Positions 10,450 through 22,989 of a stretch of DNA of 64,000 nucleotides are shown here, piece by piece. Position 1 is the stretch's first letter. Each line of letters opens with the position of its first letter. The stretch is from assembly GCA_001661245.1 (NCBI GenBank), contig KV454013.1, positions 1,272,502 to 1,336,501 on the forward strand, read 5' to 3'. Made by a program: the position numbers and the translations under genes. The notes below the pieces were generated by a model. The model saw only the letters and a list, made by a program, of their open reading frames with translations. It did no database searches and was not told the DNA's origin. The DNA comes from Pachysolen tannophilus NRRL Y-2460 (lineage: Eukaryota).

Positions 10450-13400
10450 TTAAAATTCTTCATCGGATGAAACATAAGCATCACCTAATTCCTTCTTCTT
10501 CTTCATTCTTTCCTTCTTCTTCTTTCTCAATTCTGCGGATGACAACTTTGTCTTCTTCTTAGCGGCGGCAATCTTGTTACCCATAGCATCGAATTTATCT
10601 CCTTCATCTTCATTCTTGGTCAATCTTGGACCTGCACCTTGACCACTAACCCAGTTGTGACCTGAAGGAACCATAACACCGTTGTTGACGGTCCAGACTT
10701 CTTCGGTCAAGTTCTTGGTGAATTCAGCAGAATGGGTAATGATAACAACACCACCTTCAAAAGCCTTGATGGCCTTAGATAAGGCACCCAATGAATCTCT
10801 ATCCAAATAATTGGTTGGTTCATCCAAGACAATTAAATGAGGTCTTTGCCATGTACAAGCAGCCAAGACTAATTTAACTTTTTGACCACCAGATAAACCT
10901 CTAATACGTGAGTGAGAAACTAATTCAGTTTCTAAACCCATCATAGCACAATGTTGTTCAATTTCCTTTCTTGTTAAAGGACGGAATTGACCAGATGCCA
11001 AGGCTTCCTTCATATCAATTTCAGCAACCATCTTTGAATGAGTTTCAATTAATTCACCTCTTGGTAACCAAGTATTATCAACAGACATCATTGGAACCCA
11101 TCTTTCACTCTTCATACCAAGATTTTCACCTAATAACCAAGAACATTCATATTCATAAGTATTTTTAAACTTTCTTCTAGCATGAACACCAGCAACTCTT
11201 CTTGGAGTACCTTCAATTTTGAAAATTTTCTTCATACCTTCTTCATCATTTTCATTAATTTGTCTAGAAGCACGATCCATAGTTTCTCTATCTTCACCAG
11301 TTTGGAATCTCCATTGAATATATTCAGAAGGAGTTTTATCTAAATGAGAATCAATATGAGCAAAAGCATGTTGTTTAATATAAGCGATACGACAATTTTC
11401 ATGAACATAAACTTCACCTTCAGTTGGTAATAATTCACCAGTTAAAACATTGATTAAAGTTGATTTACCAGCACCATTTGGACCAATAACAGCAATTCTT
11501 GAAGATAAAGAACATTGGAAATTAATGTTTTGAATTTGTGGTTTTGAAGTTCCTGGATATTGGAAAGACATATTACTAACTTTAACAATAGCTTTTTGTT
11601 TTGTCTTAACACCTTCCAAGAAACCTGGTTCTGGGAATTTAAATTCTAATTCAGAAGCACCTAATTCATAATAAGATTTAGCAGCTGGAACACGTCTAAC
11701 AAATTCAGATAAATTACCTTTATATTTTCTTAATTTAAAACCTTCATAATGAATAATATATTGACAAACATTATCCAAGAAACCTGAATCATGAGAAACA
11801 ATAATTGAAGAAATACCACAAGTATTTAAATAATTGACTAACCATGCAACATTAACAGTATCTAAATGATTAGTTGGTTCATCTAATAATAAGATATCAG
11901 CATTTTTTAAAACTGCTCTAGCCAAGGCTAATTTCATTTTCCAACCACCTGATAATGATTGAATTGACATATTAATCATATCTTCTGAAAATCCAAATTC
12001 TCTTAATTTTTCAGAAATTGTTTCTCTTGAACCAAGAGCACCAGCAGTTTCACCTTCACCATAAACGAAATCAAGAACTGAAGTTTCAGCATGAGTACCA
12101 TCGATATCATGTTCAACGTAAACAGTTCTACATTCATCTTGAGTTGGGAAACCATCAACTTGACCATTAGCAATTGCTCTCATCAAGGTAGATTTACCAG
12201 CACCATTTGGACCACATAAACCATATCTTCTACCTCTTTTTAAACGTAATTGAGTTTTATTTAATAAGATTTTAGCACCATAAGCTAAAGAAAATTCACA
12301 ATTACATAAATCTTCACCTTCATCATCTTCATCTTCAAAAGATGGAGGTTGTGGGATATTATCAACAGATCTTTTTCTAAATTCTTCAAGTAAATCTTTT
12401 GAAGTTTTTTCATGTAAGAAAATAGTCAAGAATGGGAGAACATTTGAAGACCAATTTTCTGGATCAATAATTCTTTCATCAATTAAATCACCAGCAATTG
12501 CAGCAATATAATTTTTAACAACATCGAATCTTGGAGCAACTTTTTCATCTTTTAATAATTCATTCAAGATTTCTAAATTGACTTGAACATCACCAGCAGT
12601 TGAAACTTCTGGAATAACATCATCTTCTTTAACATCACCAACTCTTTTCAAAGTATTTAAAGCTCTTAAAGTAACTTCACGAGCTTCTGGATCAGCAATG
12701 TTTGTATAATTTGTTTTCAAAGAAGGTAATAATTTACCCATGAATGGAGCAACAACTTGTGGATCATCAACCAATTTACACATATTATCAACAATAACAG
12801 CAGCTTTACGTTTAATAGAAGTTTCACGTTCAGCTAAACCTCTTGATAATAATGGAACCATGATGGATAAAGTAGAAATTGTAACTTCAGCAACAAAAGT
12901 TGTTGCACCCAATGTATGAACAGTTTCTGGAACTTCAGTTGGTTTAGCAATAGATTCAATTAATTTTGGTAAGAAAGGTTTAACATCTTTATTTTCAACA
13001 GTTTCTGTACATTTAGTCATAGTATCTGTAGCAGCTTTCTTAACTTCAACTTTAGTATCCCACATTGCTTCAGATAAAACTGGAATTAATTCAGGCATAC
13101 GTAATGCAATTTGATCTTTTGCAGAATCAACCAATTGTGAAATAGTTGCTAAAATAGCAGTTTTTTCAGTCCATTTATTTGTTGTTTCTAAATTAGATAA
13201 CAATTTTGGTAAAATGGCTTTAACCGCTGTTGGTGTAATAGCAGAAGCAATGGTCAATAAAGTTTTTGAAGCAGCAAGTCTAACATCATTATTTTTATCA
13301 CCCGCTCTGGTGGCAATATCAGATACTAATTCAACAATATATGGTTCAACAGATGGTGATAAACCAGAAGCAGAAGAAATATGACAAGTTGCTTCCAAAG

Positions 13401-13614
13401 CATTAATAACCCCATTGACATTCTTCTTATCATTAATCGATTTTCTCAACTCTTCAAAAAATTCATAAGGAACATCATGCTCTATAATACTACCATTTAA
13501 AAATGATGCAACATTAGTGGCAGCGCTATCACGTTCTTCTGGAGAAGCAACAGAAAGTTTACCAAATAATTCCGAAAGAACTTCAGCAGATTGTTTTGAA
13601 TCGCTAGAAGCCAT
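10450..13614 (-). CDS. YEF3: Fungal translation elongation factor 3
   Basis: HEAT N-terminus, two ABC cassettes ([20 protein letters not shown]), chromodomain insert, K-rich tail ending VSSDEEF. Confidence 0.98.
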   Translation of the reverse strand: MASSDSKQSAEVLSELFGKLSVASPEERDSAATNVASFLNGSIIEHDVPYEFFEELRKSINDKKNVNGVINALEATCHISSASGLSPSVEPYIVELVSDIATRAGDKNNDVRLAASKTLLTIASAITPTAVKAILPKLLSNLETTNKWTEKTAILATISQLVDSAKDQIALRMPELIPVLSEAMWDTKVEVKKAATDTMTKCTETVENKDVKPFLPKLIESIAKPTEVPETVHTLGATTFVAEVTISTLSIMVPLLSRGLAERETSIKRKAAVIVDNMCKLVDDPQVVAPFMGKLLPSLKTNYTNIADPEAREVTLRALNTLKRVGDVKEDDVIPEVSTAGDVQVNLEILNELLKDEKVAPRFDVVKNYIAAIAGDLIDERIIDPENWSSNVLPFLTIFLHEKTSKDLLEEFRKRSVDNIPQPPSFEDEDDEGEDLCNCEFSLAYGAKILLNKTQLRLKRGRRYGLCGPNGAGKSTLMRAIANGQVDGFPTQDECRTVYVEHDIDGTHAETSVLDFVYGEGETAGALGSRETISEKLREFGFSEDMINMSIQSLSGGWKMKLALARAVLKNADILLLDEPTNHLDTVNVAWLVNYLNTCGISSIIVSHDSGFLDNVCQYIIHYEGFKLRKYKGNLSEFVRRVPAAKSYYELGASELEFKFPEPGFLEGVKTKQKAIVKVSNMSFQYPGTSKPQIQNINFQCSLSSRIAVIGPNGAGKSTLINVLTGELLPTEGEVYVHENCRIAYIKQHAFAHIDSHLDKTPSEYIQWRFQTGEDRETMDRASRQINENDEEGMKKIFKIEGTPRRVAGVHARRKFKNTYEYECSWLLGENLGMKSERWVPMMSVDNTWLPRGELIETHSKMVAEIDMKEALASGQFRPLTRKEIEQHCAMMGLETELVSHSRIRGLSGGQKVKLVLAACTWQRPHLIVLDEPTNYLDRDSLGALSKAIKAFEGGVVIITHSAEFTKNLTEEVWTVNNGVMVPSGHNWVSGQGAGPRLTKNEDEGDKFDAMGNKIAAAKKKTKLSSAELRKKKKERMKKKKELGDAYVSSDEEF

Positions 13615-13707
13615 TTTCTTTGAAAATTTTTTTTTTACTTATATATTAATTGGATATTTAAAACAAAGAAAAAAAAAAAAAAAAAAAAATTACTCTTCTA
13701 TATATTT

Positions 13708-14005
13708 NNNNNNNNNNNNNNNNNNNNNNNNNNNNNNNNNNNNNNNNNNNNNNNNNNNNNNNNNNNNNNNNNNNNNNNNNNNNNNNNNNNNNNNNNNNNN
13801 NNNNNNNNNNNNNNNNNNNNNNNNNNNNNNNNNNNNNNNNNNNNNNNNNNNNNNNNNNNNNNNNNNNNNNNNNNNNNNNNNNNNNNNNNNNNNNNNNNNN
13901 NNNNNNNNNNNNNNNNNNNNNNNNNNNNNNNNNNNNNNNNNNNNNNNNNNNNNNNNNNNNNNNNNNNNNNNNNNNNNNNNNNNNNNNNNNNNNNNNNNNN
14001 NNNNN
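13708..14005. other. Assembly gap (N run)
   Basis: Run of N. Confidence 0.99.
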
Positions 14006-14053
14006 TATAATGAACAATTTTTTTTTAAAAAGAGAAAAAAACCATTAAAAAAA

Positions 14054-14376
14054 AAAATTTTCACATCGCCAGCGCTTTTTAGAAAAGAAAAGAAAAAGAA
14101 AAAAAAAAAAGAAAAGAAAAAAAGTAGTGTTGAATCTGATTAAAATGATTAAAGAGGAAACTGTTTTTTTTTGTTTTTTGCTTTTTTGTTTCAATTACAA
14201 AATAAAAAATAAAAAAAAAAAAATTTTTTTAATTTCGGGTTCGATAGGGTAACTAAAAAGATATTTACCCGGTAGTTACCCTGCTTTGTTGGCAGCAAAA
14301 ATAAAAAAGAGAAAAAGAAAAAAAGAAAAAAAGGTAGTCATTTCAAATGAAATGCACGTGCCGGTGTGCTCACGTG
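14054..14376. promoter_or_regulatory. YEF3 upstream cluster: RRPE + PAC-like, three Reb1-like sites, two CACGTG E-boxes
   Basis: AAAATTTTCA followed by CATCGC (~14054-14069); GGGTAA 14247, TTACCCGG 14265, TTACCCT 14276; CACGTG 14355 and 14371. Confidence 0.55.
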
Positions 14377-14517
14377 TTTTGCGCTTTTTTTTTTTTTTTT
14401 TTTTTTTTTTCCTTTTCTTTTCTTTTCTTTTCTTTTTTTAAGTGCATGTCTGACTACGACGATGGTTGTTAAGACAGTGCAGATGTAATGATTTTTTTAC
14501 CTCTTAGTAACTTCTAA

Positions 14518-14589
14518 GGTTGTGTAGTGTAGAGGTTATCACCGTTGATTCTGATTCAACTAACCCTGGTTCGAATCCAGGCTCGACCA
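14518..14589 (+). tRNA. tRNA-Gln (anticodon CTG)
   Basis: Cloverleaf: acceptor GGTTGTG/CTCGACC (one T-T mismatch), anticodon arm GTTGA-TTCTGAT-TCAAC, T arm CCTGG-TTCGAAT-CCAGG; no intron. Confidence 0.93.
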
Positions 14590-14687
14590 AAAATTAAAAA
14601 CGAAGTTGAATTTTTTTTTTTATATATATATATATATATATATACTTTTTATATACTATTTACAACGTCTATATATTTTTATATATA

Positions 14688-16276
14688 TTATAATTTTTTA
14701 GCTAATAATGAAGTTGCAATAACAACACCTAAACTAATTTTTCTTTCTTCTTTGTTAAAATCTTCTAATTTAATTTCTGATGTATGTTGCATTAAATTAT
14801 TAATTTCATTTGCCATTTTTTTTTCAAAGTTTCATCTCTTGTTATTAATATTGCATTTGATTCTAAATCTAAAGAATAAGCTCTTCGAGTATAATTTGAT
14901 GAACCAACAACTGTTATTGATGGTTCTTTTTCTTCTGGACAAGTTATCCATATTCCCTTTGCATGATATGACCATCCATTTGGTGTATTAACTATTCCAT
15001 TTTGCCATTCATATACTTTAATCAATTTTTGTTTACCAAATTTTGAAATTTTTTTAAGAAATTTTCTTGTTAAATAAAGATATGCATCTGGTAAATATTT
15101 TGATATACCTTTTGATTTATAAAAAGAATTTGCTTGTGGTGATGCTGTTATAATATTACCTAAAGCTGTAGAATTTAATAATTTTTCACTAATATCTGGA
15201 TGCATATTAAAATATCCAGCTGTAAATGTCCATTTTATTGTTGGTAAATCTAAAAAAGTTAATAAACGTAAAATTGCTGGTTTTTCAGTTGATTGATCAG
15301 GTTTTAATAATGGTGTGAATTGTGATATAGGATAAACAACTGTTGTAATTTCTTTTTCTTTTTCTTTTTCTTTTTCTTGATCAATTTTGACAGTATCATC
15401 ATTAAAATGTTGTTTTAATAAAGGTGTTAATAAAAAAGTTGCATCTTTAATATATCTATCTATATTTAAATGTGGTTCTGATGATTTATTAGAACTAGGC
15501 CATGATAATCTATAATTTTTAGATGATTTTGAAGAAAATAATTGATAACTTAATGAACTTAAAGCTTTTTGAATATTAAAATAATAATTTGTTAATTTTT
15601 CATCTTTAAAAATATAATATCGATCTTGCCTATTTGTAAAATAATCTTCTGATAAATTTGCACCTGATAAAATTATTTCATCATCAAAACCATATAATTT
15701 AGCATGTTGTAAACCCCATCCTTCATTAATTCTTTTAGGTAATAAAGCTTTTTCAATTCCTTTTAAATGTGGTGTATGATATAATCTAATATCAACTCTA
15801 TTATGACCAAATTTTTCTACTAAAGTTGAAAGTAATGATGCAGGACATTTACCAGGACTCTCTCTAGTAGATCTTAAATAATCTGTCAAGATATAAACTT
15901 TTAAATCTTCATTCATATCTAATGCTTTGGATAAACATTCAATTAATTCATCTTGTGTCTTTCCAATATATAATGAACTTAAAAAAACTCTTTTCTTAGA
16001 TTTAAGAATTTTTTCTTTTAAACTACAATAAAATTCTTCAGGATCATTTAATATTTCAACATCTCCTTTCCCTAATTCAAATCGAGGTGCTAACAGATCT
16101 AACTGTTCCATAACAACTTGAATCCTAGGATGAAACTTATGAGCATACTGGAAAGGTGAATTATTCACAGACACCAGCATAGAATAATTCTTACTTGAAT
16201 TATGTATAGCATTATTTATCTTCATGGAACTTCGACACTGTAAAAGATAACTAAACGCTGTTTGAAACATAGTCAT
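14688..16276 (-). CDS. PGS1: Phosphatidylglycerophosphate synthase; apparent frameshift at T9 14816-14824
   Basis: PLD-type motifs QHAKLYGFDD...SGANLS and YHAKGIW...GSSN. The conserved tail (MANEINNL...VIATSLLAKKL*) continues in another frame to the stop at 14688. Confidence 0.9.
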
Positions 16277-16519
16277 TGAAATTTTCCTTCAAACTCCATC
16301 GACTCTTCTACTAACTTTTCAAACTGAAAACCTTTTTTTTTCTTTCTTTCTTTCTTCAGCACAATATATACTCAACAAGAGACAAAGAAAGAAAGAGATA
16401 ATTAGAAGGTGATGTCCGTTCTGTTTCTGGTATTTTTTTTTTGTTTTCGCTTTATTTTTTTTTTTGGCCTGACCTTGACCGCTCAAGTTTGTAAAACGGT
16501 TGTGCTTGTCATTATAATT

Positions 16520-16593
16520 GGTTTTGTGGTCTAGTTGGTTATGGCATCTGCTTAACACGCAGAACGTCCCCAGTTCGATCCTGGGCAAAATCA
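16520..16593 (+). tRNA. tRNA-Val (anticodon AAC)
   Basis: GGTTTTG...CAAAATC acceptor, TCTGC-TTAACAC-GCAGA anticodon arm, CCCAG-TTCGATC-CTGGG T arm, immediate poly-T Pol III terminator. Confidence 0.96.
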
Positions 16594-16710
16594 ATTTTTT
16601 TTTTTTTTGGTCTTTGGTATTATTATTTCTTTACCAATTTTTTTTTTCTTGATTTTGGGTTTAATCTATTTGTTTCCAATTTCTAAAGTTGAATTGAAAA
16701 GAAAAAGATT

Positions 16711-17199
16711 ATGGGTTTAGATCCATTGATGGTAGATGATTCAATTAAAGTTTATTTAAAAAATGAAATTTTAGAATCTCAAGAAGCTATAAATTTTGTT
16801 AAATCTCCTGAAGCAGGTGCAATAATTTTTTTTGGAGGTACTACAAGAAATAACTTTGAATCCAAAATTGTTACAAAACTTTCTTATGAGGCACATCATA
16901 AATTAGCTTTAAAAACAATAATTAAAATAGCACAAACAGCAAAAAAAAATTTTGCAGATGAATCTGTAGATAAAAAAATTCATAAAATTTTTATTAGTCA
17001 TAGACTTGGAGTAGTACCTGTTAGTGAAGAAAGTATTATTATAGCTTTAAGTAGCACACATAGAGAAGAAGGTTGGCAAGCTGCCATGTTCATATTAGAA
17101 GAAATAAAGAAAAAAGCAGAGATTTGGAAAAATGAAATATATGAAGATGGGAGCTCAAGTTGGAAAGAAAATGAAAACTCAAATGTTTTAATCAGATGA
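16711..17199 (+). CDS. MOCS2B: Molybdopterin synthase catalytic (large) subunit, MoaE family
   Basis: GAIIFFGGTTR, LSYEA, HRLGVVPVSEESI, SSTHR, EIWKNEIY are MoaE signature segments. Confidence 0.9.
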   Translation: MGLDPLMVDDSIKVYLKNEILESQEAINFVKSPEAGAIIFFGGTTRNNFESKIVTKLSYEAHHKLALKTIIKIAQTAKKNFADESVDKKIHKIFISHRLGVVPVSEESIIIALSSTHREEGWQAAMFILEEIKKKAEIWKNEIYEDGSSSWKENENSNVLIR

Positions 17200-17293
17200 A
17201 TAAATGAAATGAAATGAAATGTAATGTGAAATATTTTTAGTTTATATATATATATATATGATTATTTATTTACAAGAAATAAAATGGGTAAAA

Positions 17294-18460
17294 TTAATTA
17301 ACCTGTGGAAGGAAAGCTTCTTTTGTTCTAGTGATCACTTCTACTTTCCTTGTTTCATAGTTGTAACGTCTAATAACAACTGCTTTCTTTGTATTCTTTT
17401 CAGCTATTGCAAATTCCTCAGAAGCAACTGGTTTTAAATACATTCTTCTTAACCTAACTTGCATCGATAAATCAAATACATGAGAATCATGAATCAATTT
17501 TTCAATTTCAATTCTAGCTTCTTTAGTAATTATTTTAATTCCTGAAAATTTTTCTTTTAAAATATTTAATATTTCATTTTGTTTTAATAAAATTTCATCA
17601 GAATTAAGATATGGATATAATCTAAATTGAGCATCAAATGAAATTTTAGAATCAATTAATTTTGATAAAAATTCATATTTATTTAATAAATTTGTTAATT
17701 CTTCTTTTGATATTTCTCCTCTTTTATATGATAATTTTAAATCATAATTATAATTAAAAGTTGTATAAAATTGTGCATCTTTTAAAAATTTCCCTCCTCT
17801 TAAATAACCATCAATTTTTACTAATCTTTCAGCAGCTAATTCTAATAAATCATCATTTAATTCAGAATTATTAATAAATTTTGGAATTTCCAATTTAAAT
17901 TGTTGTCTTTTTTGATCACGTTTTAATTCACGTTCTCTTTTCTTGGCTAATATTTCTGGTAATGATAAATCTTCTTTTCTACTTTTCCTATCTTCTTCTA
18001 ATTTAGCTTTTGATGGATTTATCAATACCGAAAGACCTAATCTTCTCATTCTTGGTTCCCAGTGAGGTGATGGTAAACGTACATCTTTATTTAAAGCAAT
18101 ACCAATAAATTTTCTCTTTGGATGGAAAGGATCTAAATAATAACGTACATAACCAGGTTCTAATGCAAATATAGTATGATCTCTACCAATACCTACATTT
18201 TCTCCAGGATAAAATTTAGTACCACGTTGTCTCATTATAATTTGTCCCGGTTTAACCAACTGTCCATCTTGTTTCTTAGAACCTAAACGACGACCAGCTG
18301 AATCTTTCATATGAGTTCTTGAACCAGAAGTTTTTTTAGTAGCTGTACGAACTTGAATAATAATATTATTATTTCTTTGATTTATTATTGATGAATAAAC
18401 AGAGCCTACCCTATTTTTTGTAGAGCCTGCAAACTCTTTTAAAAACAGTGGGAAAGACAT
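17294..18460 (-). CDS. MRP7: Mitochondrial ribosomal protein bL27m
   Basis: ATKKTSGS...DSAGRRLG...RQRGTKFYPGENVGIGRDHTIFA L27 domain plus fungal C-terminal extension; first ATG 18460. Confidence 0.95.
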   Translation of the reverse strand: MSFPLFLKEFAGSTKNRVGSVYSSIINQRNNNIIIQVRTATKKTSGSRTHMKDSAGRRLGSKKQDGQLVKPGQIIMRQRGTKFYPGENVGIGRDHTIFALEPGYVRYYLDPFHPKRKFIGIALNKDVRLPSPHWEPRMRRLGLSVLINPSKAKLEEDRKSRKEDLSLPEILAKKRERELKRDQKRQQFKLEIPKFINNSELNDDLLELAAERLVKIDGYLRGGKFLKDAQFYTTFNYNYDLKLSYKRGEISKEELTNLLNKYEFLSKLIDSKISFDAQFRLYPYLNSDEILLKQNEILNILKEKFSGIKIITKEARIEIEKLIHDSHVFDLSMQVRLRRMYLKPVASEEFAIAEKNTKKAVVIRRYNYETRKVEVITRTKEAFLPQVN

Positions 18461-18507
18461 TATCAATAATTAAAAATTATATATTTCTAATCTTCCCTCT
18501 ATTTTTT

Positions 18508-18556
<49 letters not shown>

Positions 18557-18578
18557 CTTAAACTTTACTTATTATTTA

Positions 18579-18950
18579 NNNNNNNNNNNNNNNNNNNNNN
18601 NNNNNNNNNNNNNNNNNNNNNNNNNNNNNNNNNNNNNNNNNNNNNNNNNNNNNNNNNNNNNNNNNNNNNNNNNNNNNNNNNNNNNNNNNNNNNNNNNNNN
18701 NNNNNNNNNNNNNNNNNNNNNNNNNNNNNNNNNNNNNNNNNNNNNNNNNNNNNNNNNNNNNNNNNNNNNNNNNNNNNNNNNNNNNNNNNNNNNNNNNNNN
18801 NNNNNNNNNNNNNNNNNNNNNNNNNNNNNNNNNNNNNNNNNNNNNNNNNNNNNNNNNNNNNNNNNNNNNNNNNNNNNNNNNNNNNNNNNNNNNNNNNNNN
18901 NNNNNNNNNNNNNNNNNNNNNNNNNNNNNNNNNNNNNNNNNNNNNNNNNN
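18579..18950. other. Assembly gap flanked by (AT)n microsatellites
   Basis: N run with long AT dinucleotide tracts on both sides. Confidence 0.99.
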
Positions 18951-18956
18951 CTTATT

Positions 18957-19001
<45 letters not shown>

Positions 19002-19309
19002 TTATTCAAAAAACTTTTCATATTTTCAAGTTTTCATCCATTTTTTTTTCTTTGGTTTGGTTTAGTTTGGTGAAAAATAGCCCTCAAAATGACCCAATTT
19101 GGAAAAATGACCAAAATGGGTCATTTGATGAGACAAAAAGGTTGCGCGTATTAAAAGTAAACTATAATGAATCGAATAGATTAAATAATTTATATTAATT
19201 GAGATCAAGTTGATAAAAGTTTATCAAAGTTGTGGAGTGGGAAGGATTTGTAGTATATTTTTTTGTATTTTCGTTTATTTTTTTTTTTTTTTTTTTGGTT
19301 ATAGTTATT

Positions 19310-20231
19310 ATGGCTGCTGGGAAATGGGATGTAACAACATCTTTATTACAAGATATTTTTAATGCAAATGAAAATAATGGTTTAGATTCAATTTATAATC
19401 TGTCTTGGTTAAATACTATAAATTTAAATTCCATGTCAAAAGATGAATTAAATTTATTAAGAGAAAAGATAAATATTCATAAGGAAAATGCTGAAAAATC
19501 AACAAGAATTTTAGAAAATGTAATTGAAAATGTAACTATATTAAGTAATATGAATATTTCAACTTCTAATAATGTTACAACTGATTCTAATAGTTCACCA
19601 ATTGCAAAATCCAAACAAAAGACAGGTAAAAGGTATGTATTATAAATCAAATTACTTAATGAATAAGATGATACTAACAAGTTTTTTTTTTTTTTTTTAT
19701 CTTGGGAAAGTTTTTATCAAAGTGTATACAATGCTTCAGAACCTGTAGTTGTAGGTTCAGAAGTAGCTTTCAAATTACGCCATAAAGGAATGGATGCAGA
19801 ATGGATTCAATGTGAATGTACAAAAATAATATCAGAAACAAAGTACGTTATATTTTTAATAAAAAAAAAAAAGAGAGAAAAGAAAAATAAAATAAAATAC
19901 TAACCAACTATTTCTTTTTTTGTTTTTGGTACAATTTAGACTTGAAGTTCGTGATCCTGAACCGGACGAAAATAATAACCCTGGACAGACGTATAAGGCA
20001 ACATGGAAAGAAATCATTTTATTACCTCCAAAAGAAGATGCACATAATTTAATAAATTATCCATATGGAACAAAAGTATTGGCAAGGTACCCTGAAACTA
20101 CAACTTTTTACCCTGCAGAAGTTATAGGTACAAAAAGAGATGGACGTTGTAGACTCAGATTCGAAGGTGAAGAAGAAATCTCAAAAGAAACAGAAGTTGA
20201 AAGAAGATTAGTTCTTCCATTCCCAAGATAA
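19310..20231 (+). CDS. SGF29: SAGA subunit Sgf29 (tandem Tudor); exons 19310-19632, 19711-19842, 19940-20231
   Basis: WDVTTSLLQDIFNAN start; splicing (GTATGT..TACTAAC..AAG; GTACGT..TACTAAC..TAG) gives GKSFYQSVYN...VGSEVAFK...EWIQCE...EVRDPEPDE...VLARYPETTTFYPAEV. Confidence 0.93.
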
Positions 20232-20612
20232 CAAACATGTTAAAAAATGAATCAAATATTTAAAATATTAAATACTAAACAAATTGTGGTAGTGCGCCAA
20301 ATGGCCAAAAGTTGTTTTTTTTAACAAATTTTCATTTTCTTAAAAAAAAAAGCAAAAAAATTTTCTGTATGCCGTCGTAATAATAGTTCAACGCAAAACT
20401 TGTAAAAGTGTAGTATAATAATAATAATAGTAGTTGGTAGCTGGTAGTTTAAAAAATTAATTAAAAGAAAAGAAAATAAAAAAAAAAATAAAAAATAAAA
20501 AGGATATAACCCCATTAGTTAAAAATTGAGGTGTTTATCAACAGATTGATAATCAGTGGTTAAAAATTTCTAATTAAAAAAGGGATAGTATAGGTTTTCA
20601 AAGGAAAAAAAA

Positions 20613-21995
20613 ATGGTTGTTGAAGATATGGAAATTGATGATTATCAAAGAGTATGTGTTGAATAAATTAAGAAGATGAATAAAATAAATTTAAGAAAGA
20701 AAAAAAAAATTATTTCTTTTTTTTTTTTCTTTATTATATTATTATATATTTCACTTTTTAACAATATGTCCATGGAAAGGTAAATCCATTTTGAAATATG
20801 ATTTTATATAACAAATTACTAACTAAATATAATTTTATGTTAGGATCGTTCGCGTTCTCCTAAGAGAGATGATGAAGGTTCAAGATCTAGGTCTCCACCA
20901 GCAAGGGATAGGTCACCTCGTAGAAATTTTGATAGAAGACCAACATACAGAGATAGTTATAGATCTTCTTCATATAGAGATTCAAGATCAAGAGATCAAA
21001 AGGATAATGAATATAGAGCCAAAACTGAAAGAAATCATGGGAACAGTATTTTTATTGGTAATTTACCATTTAATTGTGAATGGCATGATTTAAAAGATCA
21101 TTTTAAAGCTGTTGGTGAAATCATTAGAGCTGATATTGTTACAAATCATGGTAAATCAAGAGGTATGGGTACTGTTGAATTTACAGATAAAGAATCAGTT
21201 CAAAAAGCAATTGATGAATTTAATCATACTGAATTTTTAAGCCGTGAAATTTTTGTAAGACAAGATTATCCACCTCCTGAAAGTAAACGTGATAGATATG
21301 ATGAAAGAAGATCTAATAGAAGATATGAAGAAAGAAGATATGATGATAGAAGAAGTAATAGATATGAAGAAAGAAGATCATTTGATAGACGTACTATTAA
21401 TGCCCCACCTCCTCCACCTGAAGGTTGTGAAATATTTGTTGGTAATTTACCATTTAGAACAAATTGGCAAGATTTAAAAGATTTATTTCGTAATGTTGGT
21501 GATGTTACACGTGCAGATGTTAGATTAGATGATCGTGGTAGATCAAGAGGTTTTGGTACAGTAATTTTCTCTAATAAAGAAGATGCTGAAAAGGCAATAG
21601 AAACTTATCAAGGATATGAAATAGATGGTAGAAAAATAGATATTCGTGCAGGAAATTCTGGTAAAAGAATAGTAGAAGAAGATTTAAGACCAAAATTTAC
21701 AGCAAAGAAAAATTCAGAATTTACTGAAGATGTTGTTGGTGATGGAGAACCAAGTGAAACTATATTTGCAGATAATTTACCATTTGCTACAGCTAATGAA
21801 GATTTATTTGATTTATTTGAAACTGTTGGTAAAGTTGAAAAAGCAGAAATCAAATATAATTCAGATGGTAGAGCTTCAGGTAGTGCTGTTGTTCGTTTTA
21901 CAAATGCAGATGATGCTGCTTCTGCAATCCAAAAATTAAATAACTATGAATATGGTAACAGACCATTAAAACTTTCGTATGCTAAATTACCTTAA
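20613..21995 (+). CDS. GBP2: SR-like three-RRM mRNA-binding protein (Gbp2/Hrb1); exons 20613-20651 and 20844-21995
   Basis: GTATGT..TACTAAC..TAG intron; RS-rich N-terminus (DRSRSP), RRMs with IFIGNL..WHDLKD, IFVGNLPF..WQDLKD, SRGMGTVEF. Confidence 0.9.
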
Positions 21996-22822
21996 ATCGT
22001 TTAATAATTTGTTTTAACTCATCTTTCTTTCTTTCTTTCTTTTTTTTTTTCTTTTTCTTTTTCTTTTATTATTATTATTATTATGATTGATATATTTTAG
22101 TTGACAAAAAAGCAAACAAAAAAAAAAAAAGTTCAATTTGTATTATATTATAAGAATTACTCTTTTTTTTTTTTTTTTTTTTTTGAATTTTACTTTTAAT
22201 TATTCTCTCTTTTTCTCCTTTATAGTCAGTGTGAATTTAGAAAGAATACAAGTGAAAAAAAAAATGATATAGCTAATTAGCTGAATAGCTGAAATAGTTT
22301 ATGTAATTTTTCAAAATGGGTCACATAATGACCATGAAAATTTTCATTATTTTATCAATTGGTTCATTAAATGATCCTTTTTTAATTAATCATCTTTTTG
22401 ACTCTTTTAGTCAATTTTGTTTATTTTTCTTTTTGTCTCATTTTTTGATATACTTTTTTAATTATAAGCCAAAATAAAACTTTAATTTTTTCTTTGTTTT
22501 TTCTTTGTTTGTTTAATCAAAATATATATGGGCGCTTAAGCTTGTCTTATTCGGAACGAGGTGAAGAAAGTGTTCCGGACACTTAGTGCTGGGCCTTTCC
22601 CCAATTCGGACACATTGCTTGTGATAAGTAGCCATCGGGTGTCCGATTTAGATGGAATTCTCCCCAATTTCAGCTCAATTCTTTTAGTATCTAAAAGTTA
22701 AATAGTTTTTATAATAAATCGAATCAAAAAAAAACCTGGATTCCAGGTTTCTTAACTTATTTATAATAAGAAATTGAATAATTTTCTCTTTTATTTTGAT
22801 TGATAAAGAGTTTGATATATAT

Positions 22823-22872
<50 letters not shown>

Positions 22873-22989
22873 ATATTATACATACATATATGAAAGATTT
22901 TTTTTTTTTTTTACTTACTCTTTTTATTTTTTGCAAATTTAACTCTAGGTAATTATTGATTAGCCATATCAATTCATCTTATTATATGG

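Noticed and set aside
13517..14143. ORFs spanning N runs (also 18510-18998 and 46237-46878)
   Set aside because: Artefacts of translating gaps and homopolymers.
14355..14376. TCACGTG as CDEI of a point centromere
   Set aside because: No recognisable CDEIII at the expected distance; it lies in a promoter beside a tRNA and fits a Cbf1/Pho4-type site better.
14518..14589. tRNA with 'CTG' anticodon as the CUG-reassigning tRNA
   Set aside because: Anticodon CTG reads CAG (Gln). The recoding tRNA would need anticodon CAG.
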